Positions 28,427-41,942 of a stretch of 64,000 bases of DNA are shown here, piece after piece. The notes beneath the pieces are model-generated. The model did no database searches. It worked only from the letters and a program-made list of their open reading frames with translations, and had not been told where the DNA came from. Each line of letters begins with the position of its first letter. Within the stretch, counting starts at the first letter, position 1. The DNA comes from Octopus vulgaris (Eukaryota): NCBI GenBank assembly GCA_951406725.2, contig OX597816.1, positions 19,468,001 to 19,532,000 of the forward strand. The letters are read 5' to 3'. The translations under genes and the position numbers were made by a program.

Positions 28427-28669
28427 GCCCTTTTGAAGCCTAGCCAGGCTCATGGGCCCGGTTTCCCGGTTTCCATTGCATATGTGTTCCGAGCTGGATG
28501 GGACTCCAGTCCATCGCAGCGTTACTCGTTTTTGCCTGCTGAGTGGACTGGAGTAACGGGAAATGAAGTGTTTTACTCATGAACACAACGCGTCTCCAGG
28601 TACAGGAATTGAAACCATAATCTTACGATCATGATGCTGACACCCTAAACACTAAGCTACGCGCCTCCA
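28427..28669 (-). mobile_element. tRNA-derived SINE (family E, CORE-like body)
   Basis: Minus strand TGGAGGCGCGTAGCTTAGTG...GTTTCAATTCC...TGTGTTCATGAGTAAAACACTT...CTGCGATGGACTGG...GGAAACCGGGAAACCGGGCCCATGAGCC. Confidence 0.82.
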
Positions 28670-29189
28670 CAGTAATGCAATGTGATGCCAATATTATGCG
28701 TAAAATCTAAACATTCTGACGCGGCAAGTTATATTTTAGAAAATTTGAAAACATCTGTAAATTCTATAGCCACGTAAAGTCTATGGTTGCGTAATTTCTA
28801 GGGTTATGTAAATTCTGTGATTAAACGTAACATTCAAAGAAACGATCAATACTTGCATTCAGTTATATGCGCCGTTCGTCCAAACAGACACGTGATGTGA
28901 TGTTAAGAATTTACGTATGTATATACCGCCAACATTGCCCTAACAACCTGAACGTTAGTTTCAAGGTTCATCCAAGGGTATGTAACATTTTATTTTAACC
29001 TTATACTACCTCCCGTGTGATATTTATTTTCATTGTCTACTGATGTGTGTTGAAGATGTCAATTAACGACAGAAACACTAAAATGAATAAACGAGCACAA
29101 TCTCTGCTTCTGGTCTGAATGGGCCCTGAACTCTATGGATAATAAGAACGAAACTATGTACGTTAAACATGAATACAAAATAAAACACA

Positions 29190-29280
29190 TACACATCATT
29201 TACATTATTTACATTTGACATATATTTGTCCTCATCATGTTTGCTGTTAATACAATATTTCGGCAGATATACCCTCCGTC
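29190..29280 (-). mobile_element. Fragment of the hammerhead-bearing tail seen at 8061-8186
   Basis: Minus strand GGAGGGTATATCTGCC-GAAAT-ATT-GTATTAAC...GATGAGGACAAATAT. Confidence 0.7.
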
Positions 29281-29395
29281 TATTTCGTTGTTCACGTGTG
29301 AAGCTCACGTTGTCCAGCGTTATTCATTACTTGCATTTCTTTAACATAAAAGACGTAAAACTTTGCTTTCTCTGATTCATCTCCTTCCTTCGAAA

Positions 29396-29437
29396 AATTT
29401 TCCATGATGAAAGATACTGTCCGAAACGTTGAATATT
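29396..29437 (+). ncRNA. Degenerate minimal hammerhead motif
   Basis: AATTTTC-C(A)TGATGA-AAGATACTGTCC-GAAAC-GTT-GAATATT. Stem I pairs, but the core and stem II are damaged. Confidence 0.5.
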
Positions 29438-29468
29438 CTACATCTCATGGCATTTTCAATGTATATAT

Positions 29469-29883
29469 CTCTTTTATTCTCTTTTACTTGTTTCAGTCAT
29501 TTGACTGTGGCCATGCTGGAGCACCGCCTTTAGTCGCGCAAATCAACCACAGGACTTATTCTTTTGTAAGACTAGTACATATTATATCAGTCTCTTTTTT
29601 GCAGAACAGCTAGGTTACGAGGACGTAAACACACCAGCATCGATTGTCAAGCGATGCTGCGGGTACAAACACAGACACGCAAACACGCACATACATATAT
29701 ATATACACGCACACATACATATATGCGACGGGCTTCTTTCAGTTTCCGTCTACCAAATCCACTCACGAGGATTGGGTCGGCCCGAGGCTATAGTAGAATA
29801 CACTTACCCAAGGTGCCACGCAGTGCGACTGAAACCGGAACCATGTGGTTCGTTAGCAAGCTACTTACCACACAGTCACTCCT
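29469..29883 (-). mobile_element. SINE family A
   Basis: Full head, microsatellite and tail match. Confidence 0.9.
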
Positions 29884-30399
29884 TTGTGTATTTTAAGAAA
29901 TATAAACAAAGACATAAGGAGAAAAGAGATAAATACCAAATGCAGAATGATAGATACTTAGTAACAGTCAAATAATTGAGACGTTATTGTCAGAAATGAA
30001 AATATTTTGAAGGAATTTGAAACATGATCACCAAAACATACGAGTACAAATAAATTATCAGCAGGGATGATTCAGACGGATAGAAACAAAAGGTAAACAT
30101 AGGCGTAGGAGTGGCCGTGTAGTAAGTAGCTTCCTACCAGCCACATGGTTCTGGGTTCAGTCCCACTGCGTGGCACCTTGGGCAAGTGTATAGCCTCGGG
30201 CCGACCAAAGCCTTGTGAGTGGATTTGGTAGACGGAAACTGAAAGAAGCCTGTCGTAGGGCCTTTGCGCTCGCGCGCCTTGGCGCGCGCTGGGGGCTCGG
30301 TGGGCCCCTTTGGGCTTGCGTTGTACTGCTTGTGCGCTGTGTGCGTGAGCGCGCTTCGTGTGTGTGGGCTTGCTTCGGATGTGCGCATGCGTATGTTTG

Positions 30400-31830
30400 C
30401 ATACATACCCACACACTCGCATGCATCCCTACCCACATACATACACGCACACCTACTCACACACACACATACACACACACACATACCCGCACACACACAC
30501 ATACATACATACACACACATACCCACTTCAGACATACACACACACAGACATACACCCATACACTCACACTCACACGCATACACACACACACATACACACG
30601 CACACGTACACGTACACACACACACACACCTACATACATACATTACACTTGTATACACACACACTTACATTCATACACACACACACTTACACAGCCATAC
30701 CCTCACTCAGACACACACATCTACCTACACACACACACAAACACACACACACACACACACCCATACATACATCTACACACTCACGCCTACACACATACAT
30801 ACACACATACATAAACACACACACATACACATACACACACATACGCACACACGCATATACTTATACACATGCACACACACACACATACATACATACACCC
30901 ATATACATACACACACACACATACCTACATACTCCTATACGCACATACATACACACAGACATACACACATACACACTCACACAAACATACACACACACAC
31001 TTACACACACACTCACCTGCACGCGCACACACATGCATGACAAACACCCATACACTCACACTCACATACGCACACACCAACATAAACACGCACACGCACA
31101 CACACACCTACACTCCCACACACATACACACGCACCTACATACACACACAAACATGCACGGACACACCCAGACATACATACACCTATATACACACGCCCA
31201 CACACCTACATACACACACATATACACACGCTCACACAGCTACATACACACACATACATACACACATACACGGACACACCCATACATACTTACATACATA
31301 CACCTATACACACACGCCTACACACCTACACACACATGCATACACACACATGTACGCACATACACACACATATACGCACATACATATATACCCACACACA
31401 TGCACACACACACATACGCACATGCATGCACGCATGCACACGCGCACACCTACACGCATACACACACACACACGCACGTACACATACATACATACACACA
31501 CGCATACATACACCCATACACATACATGCATCCTACACACACATACATACACACTCACACATACATACACACACACGCACTCACTCACACACCTGTATGT
31601 TCGCGCACACACATGCACATACACACACTTCCCCACACCCACACGTACATACATACACACTCATACACATACACACACACACACACACACAGACATACAT
31701 CTATGCACACACATATATACACACATACTCACATACATTCATCGGACACACTGCCACCCAGACATACACACAGACACACTCACACATCCACACACACACA
31801 TACGTACGCTCACACTCGCAGGCGCGCGCA
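30400..31830. repeat. Irregular (CA)-rich low-complexity tract, possibly a sequencing/consensus artefact
   Basis: Aperiodic CA/TA/CG mix with garbled GC-rich flanks. Confidence 0.8.
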
Positions 31831-32548
31831 CACACGCGCTTGCGCCGGTTCGCGCACGCATGCGCGCCGCATGCACCTCGCCCTTGGACCCGACGAGACC
31901 TCCCGCCCGTTCGCTTGTCGCTTGTCGTTGGGTTTTCCCACGCCCGTCTCCGCGGGACCACTGTTCCATCTTCCCCTCCGCTGGAGTCCTTTTCCTTAAC
32001 CCCCCTTTTTCGTTACACACGCGCGCACACATATACACACATTGCTTAAACATATACATTACTCTTACACACATTCAATCTACTCGCCATTAATACTACC
32101 ACGACACTGGACACACACACACACTACTACTCAACACACGCTGGCACGCTACATACGCCCCCACCCCTTCCCCTCCCTCCCTTCCTCCTTCCTCCCTTTT
32201 CTTACTACTGCCCTTTGTCTGCTATGCTGCTGCTATGCTGACCACCGTCTCGCCCTACCTCACACGCCTACACACAGACGCACACACTAACACATACATA
32301 TATTTTTTGTTTTTTTATCTCGCCTCACACACACACATACACACACGCACACGCACATACTCACACATACACACACATCTGTTGCGTTACCAACCTTGTC
32401 TCCACTCTTTTGCCTTTAAAAACCCACTTTGCTCTTGTTATCGTAAACATCCGCCTTTCACCATGTGTAACTCCTAACACCAGTCGTTTTTTTCTCTATC
32501 TCCGTTGCCCGCTCTGGGATCTTTCTTTCCTCTCTCTTCCTTCTTTAT

Positions 32549-32583
32549 GTTTCCGACGAAGAGCTCCGCTCGAAACGTCATAC
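32549..32583 (+). ncRNA. Minimal hammerhead-like motif with CCGACGA core, in a pLTR-type fragment (~32480-32680)
   Basis: GTTT-CCGACGA-A-GAGC-TCC-GCTC-GAAAC-GTC-ATAC. Confidence 0.7.
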
Positions 32584-32669
32584 CTCCCTGCTTCCATTTC
32601 CTGAGCGCCTATTAATAATAATACTGTAATTGTTCCATTGTTGTTGTTTTTTTGTTTCCCGTTTGGATT

Positions 32670-32718
<49 letters not shown>

Positions 32719-33508
32719 CTTGTGTGTCTGTGTTTGTCCCCCTGGCATTGCTTGACAACCGATGCTGGTGTGTTTACGTCCACGTAACTTAGCGGTTCGG
32801 CTAACGAGACCGATAGAATAAGTACTAGGCTTACAAAGAATAAGTCCTGAGGTCGCTTTGTCCGACGAAAAGGTGGTGCTCCAGTATGGCCGCTGTCAAG
32901 TGATTGAAACAAATAAAAGAGTAAAAGAGTATAATTTGACGAGTTAGAGAAGAATGTACATGTATATAGGTTGACTATTTCTTTCTAGTTGTTGGTTGTA
33001 GTAGAACAGTGTTATTTCATATAAGGCAACGATCTTAAATCCTTATCTGTGTAGGGATGATATTTCTAATGTCAAAACTTTGAACGTAAACACACAAAAA
33101 AGACAGCCTGACGCACAGACAGATAGCCAGCTAGACAGAAGGAGAGAGAGATAAAGATAAAGATAAAGAGATACATATATCATCGTGGTTGTATAATATA
33201 TAAGTATTTTTTGTTAAATTGCGAGATAAAATTTTCTTAAGATGGTGAATGAAGAGGTTTATATCGAAATCTATAATTGGCACGCCTACGCGCACGCATA
33301 CACTCGCACAGACACAAACACGCACCAACACATACACACATGCATCCATACATATATATATACACATGTGCGTATGCTTACATTTTGGTCCATACTTGTA
33401 TGGACGAGTGTACATGAGCCGTGCAGAGTACGTGAGGGCATTTATGCATCCATATCCGTTAACTCTTATTTGTCATAGTTTTATCGCTATATTTTGCTTA
33501 CTCTCTCT

Positions 33509-33908
33509 CTCTTTTACTCTTTTACTTGTTTCAGTCATTTGACTGCGGCCATGCTGGAGCACCACCTTTAGTCGAGCAAATCGACCCCGGGACTTATTCT
33601 TTGTTAGCCCAGTACTTATTCTATCGGTCTCTTTTGCCGAACCGCTAAGTTACGGGGACGAAAACACACCAGCATCGGTTGTCAAGCAATGCTAGGGGGA
33701 CAAACACAGACATACAAACATACATATATACATATGTATACATATATACGACAGGCTTCTTTCAGTTTCCGTCTACCAAATCCACTCACAAGGCATTGGT
33801 CGGCCCGGGGCTATAGCAGAAGACACTTGCCCAAAATGCTACGTAGTGGGACTGAACCCGGAACCATGCGGTTGGTTAGCAAGCTGCTTACCACACAGCC
33901 ACTCTTGC
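33509..33908 (-). mobile_element. SINE family A
   Basis: Near-consensus full-length copy. Confidence 0.92.
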
Positions 33909-34177
33909 TTGTTCGTTTCTTTTGGTATTTGTTATTTTATTTTTGATCTTCTATATAAATGAAATGAGAAGATACATGCTGAACTGCTATTTTAACGAGT
34001 TATATCTATTTATCACTCGAAGAGACACACCTGCACCGTCAGATTCTCCTGAACCAATATTTAAGTATCCTGCTCGTGAGGGAACGATACTAGATGTATC
34101 AAAACAATTGTCGCGATTAATAAAAGTTCTCGTATCGTCCATCTTCTGTGTTTTATTTACCATATATATATATATAT

Positions 34178-34304
34178 TTTTTCCTCTGTCTTCCCTTCTC
34201 GGGATCTTTCATTCTCATATGTTTCCGACGTTGTTTTTTTTTTTTTTTTTTTTTGTGTTTTCGTTGTTGCTTTCTTTTGTTTTTGTGTTTTCGTGTTTGG
34301 ATTA

Positions 34305-34310
<6 letters not shown>
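34178..34310 (+). mobile_element. pLTR-type fragment of the CCGACGA family with the ribozyme deleted
   Basis: CCCTTCTCGGGATCTTTC...ATGTTTCCGACG|TTGTTT...TTGGATTAACTTTA(TA)n. Flanked by TA runs. Confidence 0.72.
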
Positions 34311-34385
<75 letters not shown>

Positions 34386-34859
34386 ATAATACTGAGAGCA
34401 ATAATAATAATAAATTATTATTATTACCAGTGGCCTAGCACTAAAAACGAATTAGTCATTAGACTATATATTATTCATATAGGAATAAAATAAGAGGGTT
34501 CCATATTCAGCTTAAAATATAAAGTACTTTCTTCAGATCAGGAAAGTAGTTAACATACTTTTTGAAACTTATTTATATGTGCACTATCTAACGTTGTTGA
34601 AGATGAAATTTGATTGCCTATCGTAATTTTTATGAATAGCTATCCAACAAATTCTTATTACATCCTATCTTGTAAAGATATGATTCAACGATGTTCTATT
34701 TGTCATGGCAACATATAAATATATGGACACGCATACATATATATATATTTACATACAACATACATACAAATGTGTGTGTGTGAGTTTTAAGTCCTCGCGA
34801 AAATTTATTCGTGCATCTATCTTTCCTTAAAGATATTGCAAATTCCTCCAAAGGTAGAT

Positions 34860-35245
<386 letters not shown>

Positions 35246-35305
35246 AAAACAAGGTAAAAGTGGAAGTTTCCCCATGTATGGAAACATACACGAAAGAGGA
35301 TTTGA

Positions 35306-35551
35306 ACATGGCCTAGTTTTTAGAGAAGCGGACTCGCGGTCGAGGGATCACGGGTTCGAATCTCAGTCCGGGCGATGTGTGTGTTAATGAGCGAAACACC
35401 TAATTACCACGCGGCTCCGGCAGAAGGTAATGGCGTACTTCTGCTGACTCTTTCGCCACAACTTTCTCTCACTCTTTCCTCCTGCATCTTGCGGCTCACC
35501 TGCGACGGGCCGGCCTCCCGTTCAGGTGAGAAACCTATACCCCAAGGAAAC
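35306..35551 (+). mobile_element. tRNA-derived SINE family D, 3'-truncated
   Basis: TGGCCTAGT...GGTTCGAATCTC. Matches 36762-37062. Confidence 0.85.
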
Positions 35552-35729
35552 GCAGCGATCTTTAAAAGATGTTTATTGACTCGATCGGTTTCACTTTAAA
35601 AAAAAAAACTGGTTTTCAAAAGTAAAGTGTAAGACTTTGTGTCGCCTTTGTTTGTTATCATAGATGTACTAAAATACGATAGTCTTTCACATTAAACTTG
35701 CCGTGAGAAATAGAATATTCAACGTTACA

Positions 35730-35915
35730 AACATACACACACACAAACACACACAGACATGACGGTTTTCTTTCTGTCTATCAAGATCCTTCCACGAGGT
35801 TTTGGCCAGCCCGAAGCTATAACAGAAGATAGTTTCCCAATGTGCTAGGCATCAGAACTGTTTGGGGACTTATGCTGATAGGGGACAAATTCCTTTACCG
35901 TACAGCCACAACTAC
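35730..35915 (-). mobile_element. Old SINE family A head
   Basis: Diverged GACGG...CTGTCTATCAA...TTTGGCCAGCCCGAAGCTATAACAGAAGA...CAGCCAC. Confidence 0.6.
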
Positions 35916-36339
35916 TGGGGAAGAAGATGCGTCTAATAATTCACTGCAACGAGACAAAAAATATATGGCTTTCATTTGTAGATATCAGATAATATATATT
36001 TCAATAAAACATGTACAGAGGTCGATAGGATGGAGTAAAAGCGTGGTGGATGTTGCCATGGCAGAGCCACCAACTAGATATTGTATAATTAATATAAGTA
36101 AAGATAAATGAAGGAAAAGATATATGAGAAAATAATGATGTACAAATTATATGAACGATGCAGGGTGGAGAGCAGGTGAAGGTAGATTTTAAATGAAAGA
36201 AAAAAGAATAAAGAAAGGAATTGAAACGAACCGTATCTGGTAAAATATAAGCGTTTGAGAATCTATACTGGAATATAAGTGTTAACAAATACGATTGATT
36301 AAAGAGGATAGAAATTGCTTGAGTAGTTTGTAGACGTAA

Positions 36340-36720
36340 GGCGCAATGGCCCAGTGGTTAGGGCAGCGGACTTGCGGTCATAGGATCGCGCTTTCGATTG
36401 CCAGACCGGGCGTTGTGAGTGTTTATTGGGCAAAAACACCTAAAGCTCCACGAGGATCCGGCAGGGGATGGTGGTGATCCCTGCTGTACTCTTTCACCAC
36501 AACTTTCTCTCACTCTTACTTCCTGTTTCTCTTGTACCTGTATTTCAAAGAGCCGGCCTTGTCACTCTCTGTGTCACGCTGAATATCCCCGAGAACTACG
36601 TTAAGGGTACACGTGCCTGTGGAGTGCTCAGCCACTTACACGTTAATTTCACGAGCAGGCTGTTCCGTTGATTCGGATCAACCGGAACACTCGTCGTCGT
36701 AACCGACGGAGGGCTTCCCA
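36340..36720 (+). mobile_element. tRNA-derived SINE family D' (head and body related to D, different tail)
   Basis: GGCGCAATGGCCCAGTGGTTAGGGCAGCGGACT... and shared CTCTTTCACCACAACTTTCTCTCACTCTT, then a unique 3' half. Confidence 0.85.
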
Positions 36721-36761
36721 AAGTCTGAAGAAGAATTAAACAACATTATATCATCGTTAAG

Positions 36762-37062
36762 TGGAGGCACATGGCCTAGTGTTTAGAGCAGCGGACTCGC
36801 GGTCGAGGGATCGCGGGTTCGAATCTCAAACCGAGTGATGTGTGTGTTTATGAGCGAAACACATAAGCTCCACATGGCTCCGGCAGAAGATAATGGCGAA
36901 CTTCTGCTGACTCTTTCGCCACAACTTTCTCACACTCTTCCCTCCTGCAATCATGCAGCTCACCTGCGACGGGCCGACGTCCCGTTCAGGTGGGAAACCT
37001 ATACGCCAAGGAAACCGGGAAACCGGTTCTATGCGCCAGGCGTGGATCGAGAAGAAACAAAC
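36762..37062 (+). mobile_element. tRNA-derived SINE family D, full length
   Basis: A/B boxes and tail GGAAACCGGGAAACCGG...(AAAC)n. Confidence 0.88.
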
Positions 37063-38204
37063 ATATCACCATGAAACAAAAATATGAATATTTTTTACTT
37101 GACGCGTATATAGTTCTGCGGCATCTAATGCTTTCTGCATATTAACAATTTGAGGAATATTCTCCAACTGTCTCTCCCACCACGTATGTGTACATGTGCA
37201 CACTTGGCGCTGACGTGAAAAAATGGAAAGTGTGTTCAAGAATGTACTTGATTTATCTACAATTAGAATAAAGGTGTATTATAAATTTCATTTTGTATAA
37301 GGAGACATTGCTTACATTTACAAATTATCACCTGCAGAAGTAAATCATTCCAAATAATATAGTCTGGTGAAATGAGTATTTGAAATTTGTTTTAGGAACA
37401 TTTTTAATCAACACGACGGAGAGTAACCGGAAGGAAAATATTTTCTTGAGAAGATATCATGCCAGAATATGTAATAACACACATGAAAATAAATTATATA
37501 TGTTAAGATAACAATGGAGCCTTTACATATTCAATTGACTGATTCAGATAGCAGCCTAACCTCTTCATATCTTATCCTAATGTATTACAAAAGGATGGAT
37601 TATGTGTACGATATAGTTCTAGATATCAAAATAATATCGTTAAACATAGGTGCTGTGTTTGGTGCAATCTAAGTGCAGCTACGTTGACGTACGCGCATGA
37701 TACTACCAGCTATAAGTAGGAAACCATAATATATTCATGAATACCAGAGCGTGGGTAGTCAGTGGCTGGTGGTGAAAACGAAAATATTATAGATAGTATA
37801 TATAAAGAAACGAAACATTTAGAATCAATCTGTAGTTTTATGAATATTAAAAAGCAATAACAAAACAAGACCATAAACAAAATACAAGCAAACCTTGAAA
37901 CTATAATTGGGACTAGAATATATATTATAATGAAAACCTAAAATAAAATACATTTTAAATCTCTCGATATATACAGAGAAGTTATGAAGCCGTATAATTT
38001 ATATAAATCATTAAATGATATTAGATGTTGTTCACTGTTATTTTCCTATTTTATATGATATTCTTGTGCAAAGAACGTGGAATAAACATAAATCAAAAAT
38101 GTTGGGATCTACACAGAATTATTGCCATGCAAGCTAATGTTGTTAACGCTTTGCGTTAGTTTCTCTTGCATCTGACTCGGCTTTAACTGGACTCAGATTT
38201 GGAA

Positions 38205-38305
38205 CGTGGGGAAAAAGATTGATGCTTTGGAAACAAGAACATACTTCAGATTGTTCCAGGATCAGATTGCTCACCGTATCAATGCATATTTATTTGCAAC
38301 AGATA
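38205..38305 (+). mobile_element. Possible RTE-like LINE fragment
   Basis: KKIDALETRTYFRL resembles post-RT motifs of RTE elements. Confidence 0.3.
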
Positions 38306-38699
38306 TATATTGAATTGGCAATTTTCTAATTTAGCTTGCTGTCTAGATGTGATACCATTTTACGGTATTAAGGTACTTAAGCTGCGGCATCAATTATTAT
38401 CGGCAGATAATAAAGACAATGTTCGCATATATATAATAGTTTAATAACGAATGACTTCAGTCAACACAGGATGAATGAAAACTAAAGGTATGGTATTACG
38501 ATATATATATAGAGGTATGGCATTCTCGTTGTGAATAATTTACTTCATGGAACTGGGTAACAAAATGCAGCCCCACTTAATAGGAAACGTAAAATCATTA
38601 GCCGTAAACAATAGCGTTTATATTTTACAGCATAAGATATGTACAGTAATACGGCACTTTCTGAAGACCCACATTAGGCACCCCGAGTTTGCGAGTTTT

Positions 38700-39189
38700 C
38701 TTCTTCAAGCACAAATTCCAAATTTTGTACGAAGTGCAAAAGTTACTACTACCATAATAAATGTCTCTGCGTGTTACCGAGAAATTGATAGAGCGAAAAA
38801 AAGCTTCTTCTAAGCAAACAACTCTGAACTTGTTTTTTGAAAAGAAATCTACAAGTCCGTCTACGAGTGCTTGCGAATCGGTGATCGCGTCTGCAACTAA
38901 TGGTGCGCGCCAATCAAGTGCGAGGGAAAGTAGTTCACAGCATAAATAATAATATTTTTTATCATAAATGATCTTGCAATTCTTTTTACTTTAAGTAAAC
39001 TATTCTTTGCATTCTTTTATTGCTATTTATTTACGAGTTTTATAAATTGTATATGAAAAATATTTTTCTGGGTACGAATTACGATTCATGACATTGCTAC
39101 TATGGGAAACTATTGCTCTGCTTTACGACTTTTCGCTTCGCGAGCGGTCTCCAGGAACAAATTAACTCATATATCGAGGGATTACTATA
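38700..39189 (+). mobile_element. Tigger/pogo transposon 3' part with transposase C-terminus and terminal repeat
   Basis: PNFVRSAKV...SACYRE/LIERKKASSKQTTLNLFFEKK with one frameshift; QTTLNLFF is PIP-box-like. Ends CGAGGGATTACTA+TA. Second partial copy at 44832-45090. Confidence 0.8.
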
Positions 39190-39199
39190 TATGTCTGTG

Positions 39200-39430
39200 A
39201 GTGTGTGTGCGTGGGTGTGTGTTTGTGCTTGTCCTACTGCATCGCTTGTCAACTGATGCTGGTGAGTTTATGTCTTCGTATATTAGTCTATCGGCAAGAC
39301 CGTCATAATAAATCTTAGGCTTAGAAAGAATAGGTCCTGGGGTGGATGGCTTCGACTATCAACCCTTTAAGGCGGTGCTTCATCATGGGCGCAGTCAAAT
39401 GACTGAAACAAGTAAAAGAATAAAAGAATA
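39200..39430 (+). mobile_element. SINE family A, 3' half
   Basis: Tail GGCGGTGCTTCATCATGGGCGCAGTCAAATGACTGAAACAAG(TAAAAGAA)n. Confidence 0.85.
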
Positions 39431-40025
39431 TGTATGTACATATTTGTATGATATTTCACGTTATACAAATTATATTCATGATATATTGAGAGCATATTCG
39501 CTACCAGGGAAAGTGAAATAACTGTCTGAGATTAATGCCTGCAGTGCCTATAAATTTGTAAGTCTTTTCTTTGCATGAGTCAAGGATGGTAAGCATACAT
39601 AGTGATGGCACCTATAAAAGCGGAATCACCTATCAGCGTATTTGCTTCTCTCTCAGACACATAAGACTTTCTTCTAGTGAATTTCATTTCAAGTATCAGC
39701 TGGTCATAAATCCGTTCAGGAGAAAATTTAACCGCTCTCACAAATCAAAGAGGGTTCCATTAGATAGGATATTCCCATGGGTGCTAATTAACATTCATTT
39801 TCCTTTATAGTTATTGGAATTCTTTAAAACTTTTTATCATCTCGTTATTGGGGCTTATTATTATTATTAATCTAAAATATAGGTATAATCAATTCTAACC
39901 AGTTCTTCGTGGCACCATGATGACTAAAGGGAATCAATATGCGTGCATACATACGTGCATACATATAAATATATTTCTATGTGTATATATTCATATATAT
40001 ATGTGTGTGTGTGTGTACATGTATA

Positions 40026-40125
<100 letters not shown>

Positions 40126-40130
40126 TATGA

Positions 40131-40465
40131 AGGCGCATGGCTCAGTGGTTAGAGCGTCGAGCTTACGATCGTGAGGTTGTGAGCTCGAATCCCGGACCGG
40201 GCTGCGTGCTGTGTTCTTGAGCAAGACACTTTATTTCACGTTGCTCCAGTTCACTCAGCTGTAGAAATGAGTTGCGACGTCACAGGTGCCAAGCTGTATC
40301 GACCTTTGTCTTTCCTTTGGATAACACTGGTGGCGTGGAGAGGGGAGGCCGGTATGCATGGGCGACTACTGGTCTTCCATAAAACAACCTTGCCCAGACT
40401 TGTGCCTCAGAGGGTAACTCTCTAGGTGCAAACCCATGGTCACTCATGACCGAAGGGGGTCTTCA
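40131..40465 (+). mobile_element. tRNA-derived CORE-like SINE (family C) within (TA)n
   Basis: GGCGCATGGCTCAGTGGTTAGAGCG...TCGAATCCC, then TGTGTTCTTGAGCAAGACACTT...CAGCTGTAGAAATGAG. Confidence 0.88.
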
Positions 40466-40469
40466 CATA

Positions 40470-40623
40470 TATATGAAATTAGAAAAAAAAACATCTTTTA
40501 TCAATTCAAAATGAACAATTAAATTACATCATCTACAAAATAACATATAATAGAAATATCAAAATTAAAATAACAATAAAATGTCAATGATTAAGTAAAT
40601 TTCCAAACAATAATGAAAAAAAC

Positions 40624-40664
<41 letters not shown>

Positions 40665-41052
40665 TATTTTTATTAATTAATTATTTTATTGTTCTGGTTT
40701 ATTTTTAACCTGATGAGTTACTATATTTATATCGAAATAATTTCTCTACTACTATAATCATCTCATAAATATAGCCACGAAACACGTGTCGTTATTCTAC
40801 CTATTATATACATTTTTATTATTTTTTTTTTTGAAATTTACTTAATCATTCACATTTTATTGTTATTTTAATTTTAATATATCTATTATATGTAATTTTC
40901 TAGATGGTGTAATTTAATTGTTCATTTTGAATTGATGAAAGGTGTCTTTTTTCTAATTTTATATATATATATATTATATTGTGTGAAATTTGATTTAGTA
41001 TTTCTAAATTGAATTTTTTTCCTTGTATGTTTGGATTTTATTCCCTCAAATA

Positions 41053-41058
<6 letters not shown>
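40470..41058. mobile_element. Foldback (arms ~40470-40632 and ~40805-40965) with a hammerhead in the loop; Penelope-like
   Basis: TCAATTCAAAATGAACAATTAAATTACA...AATGATTAAGTAAATTTC is mirrored downstream. TA flanks. Confidence 0.8.
40706..40794 (+). ncRNA. Type I hammerhead ribozyme, canonical core, two mismatches in stem II
   Basis: TAAC-CTGATGA-GTtaCTATATTTAT...ATAAATATAGccAC-GAAA-CACGTG-TC-GTTA. Palindromic stem III, GUC triplet. Confidence 0.8.
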
Positions 41059-41127
<69 letters not shown>

Positions 41128-41464
41128 AAAATATCAAATCGATATATTCAAATCAGTTACTTCACATGAATTTATTCAGAACAATTCCAATTACTACTAT
41201 TACGACCACAACAGCTCACTTTTAGGTCACTTGACCATTTAAGAAGGTTCCTGCTACTGTCACACTACTCCCGCGTTCTCCTCCTCCTCCTCCTCCTTCT
41301 TTTTCTTTTTCTTCTTCTTCTTCTTCTTCTTCTTCTCCACCGCCTCCTTTACTACTACTGCTGCTTAAACAATCAGACAAGAATTCATGACAAACTGCTA
41401 CTAGCTGCTGCCAACTACCTAGAATTCAAAGGAGTAAAAACTCTGGAAATATTAAAAAAATTAC

Positions 41465-41527
41465 GCAGCGCAGTAATTAGAAACGGGTAGTCGTTGATAA
41501 TGTTCGTATTAATCTATCAAATTATAT
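41465..41527 (+). repeat. ~57-bp exact direct repeat, copy 1 (copy 2 at 43206-43268)
   Basis: GCAGCGCAGTAATTAGAAACGGGTAGTCGTTGATAATGTTCGTATTAATCTATCAAA at both sites. Confidence 0.9.
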
Positions 41528-41942
41528 TTAAAAAATCATTTCATTAAATTTTTCCAGAATTTGATTGTTTTACATGCTGTAATCCAAGTTTAAAAAGTCG
41601 CAAAGGCTGGAATCGGTACTAAAATGTTCTTTATGATAAAATTATTTTAGTATTTTCTACCTTGTCTTATTTTCCTTGTATATCTATGCATACATATATA
41701 CACATATATATATATATATATATATATGCATATATTTACATGTATACATATAAAGACACTACTTTAAAAGCTGCCCTATCGATAGCCTTTATGATAGCTC
41801 CTCCTGCTGAGGGCTTTTCATTGAGCCTTGACACTGCATGCATTGAATACATATTAAATTTCATCAAAGTTGGCCAACATTTTTCAAGCAATGAACAATT
41901 TTCATCAAAGCAATAATATAATATTTCAACTTCGATCTTATT

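Larger units (their letters stand above)
30101..32930 (+). mobile_element. SINE family A with ~2.4 kb between head and tail
   Basis: Head 30101-30256 and tail 32705-32930. Confidence 0.75.

Noticed and set aside
30358-32049. 563-aa His/Thr-rich ORF and overlapping ORFs
   Set aside because: Translation of CA-rich low-complexity sequence that is open in several frames.
40131-40200. tRNA genes at SINE heads (also 7851, 35306, 36340, 36762)
   Set aside because: A/B boxes are present, but acceptor stems are not intact and each runs on into a repeat body.
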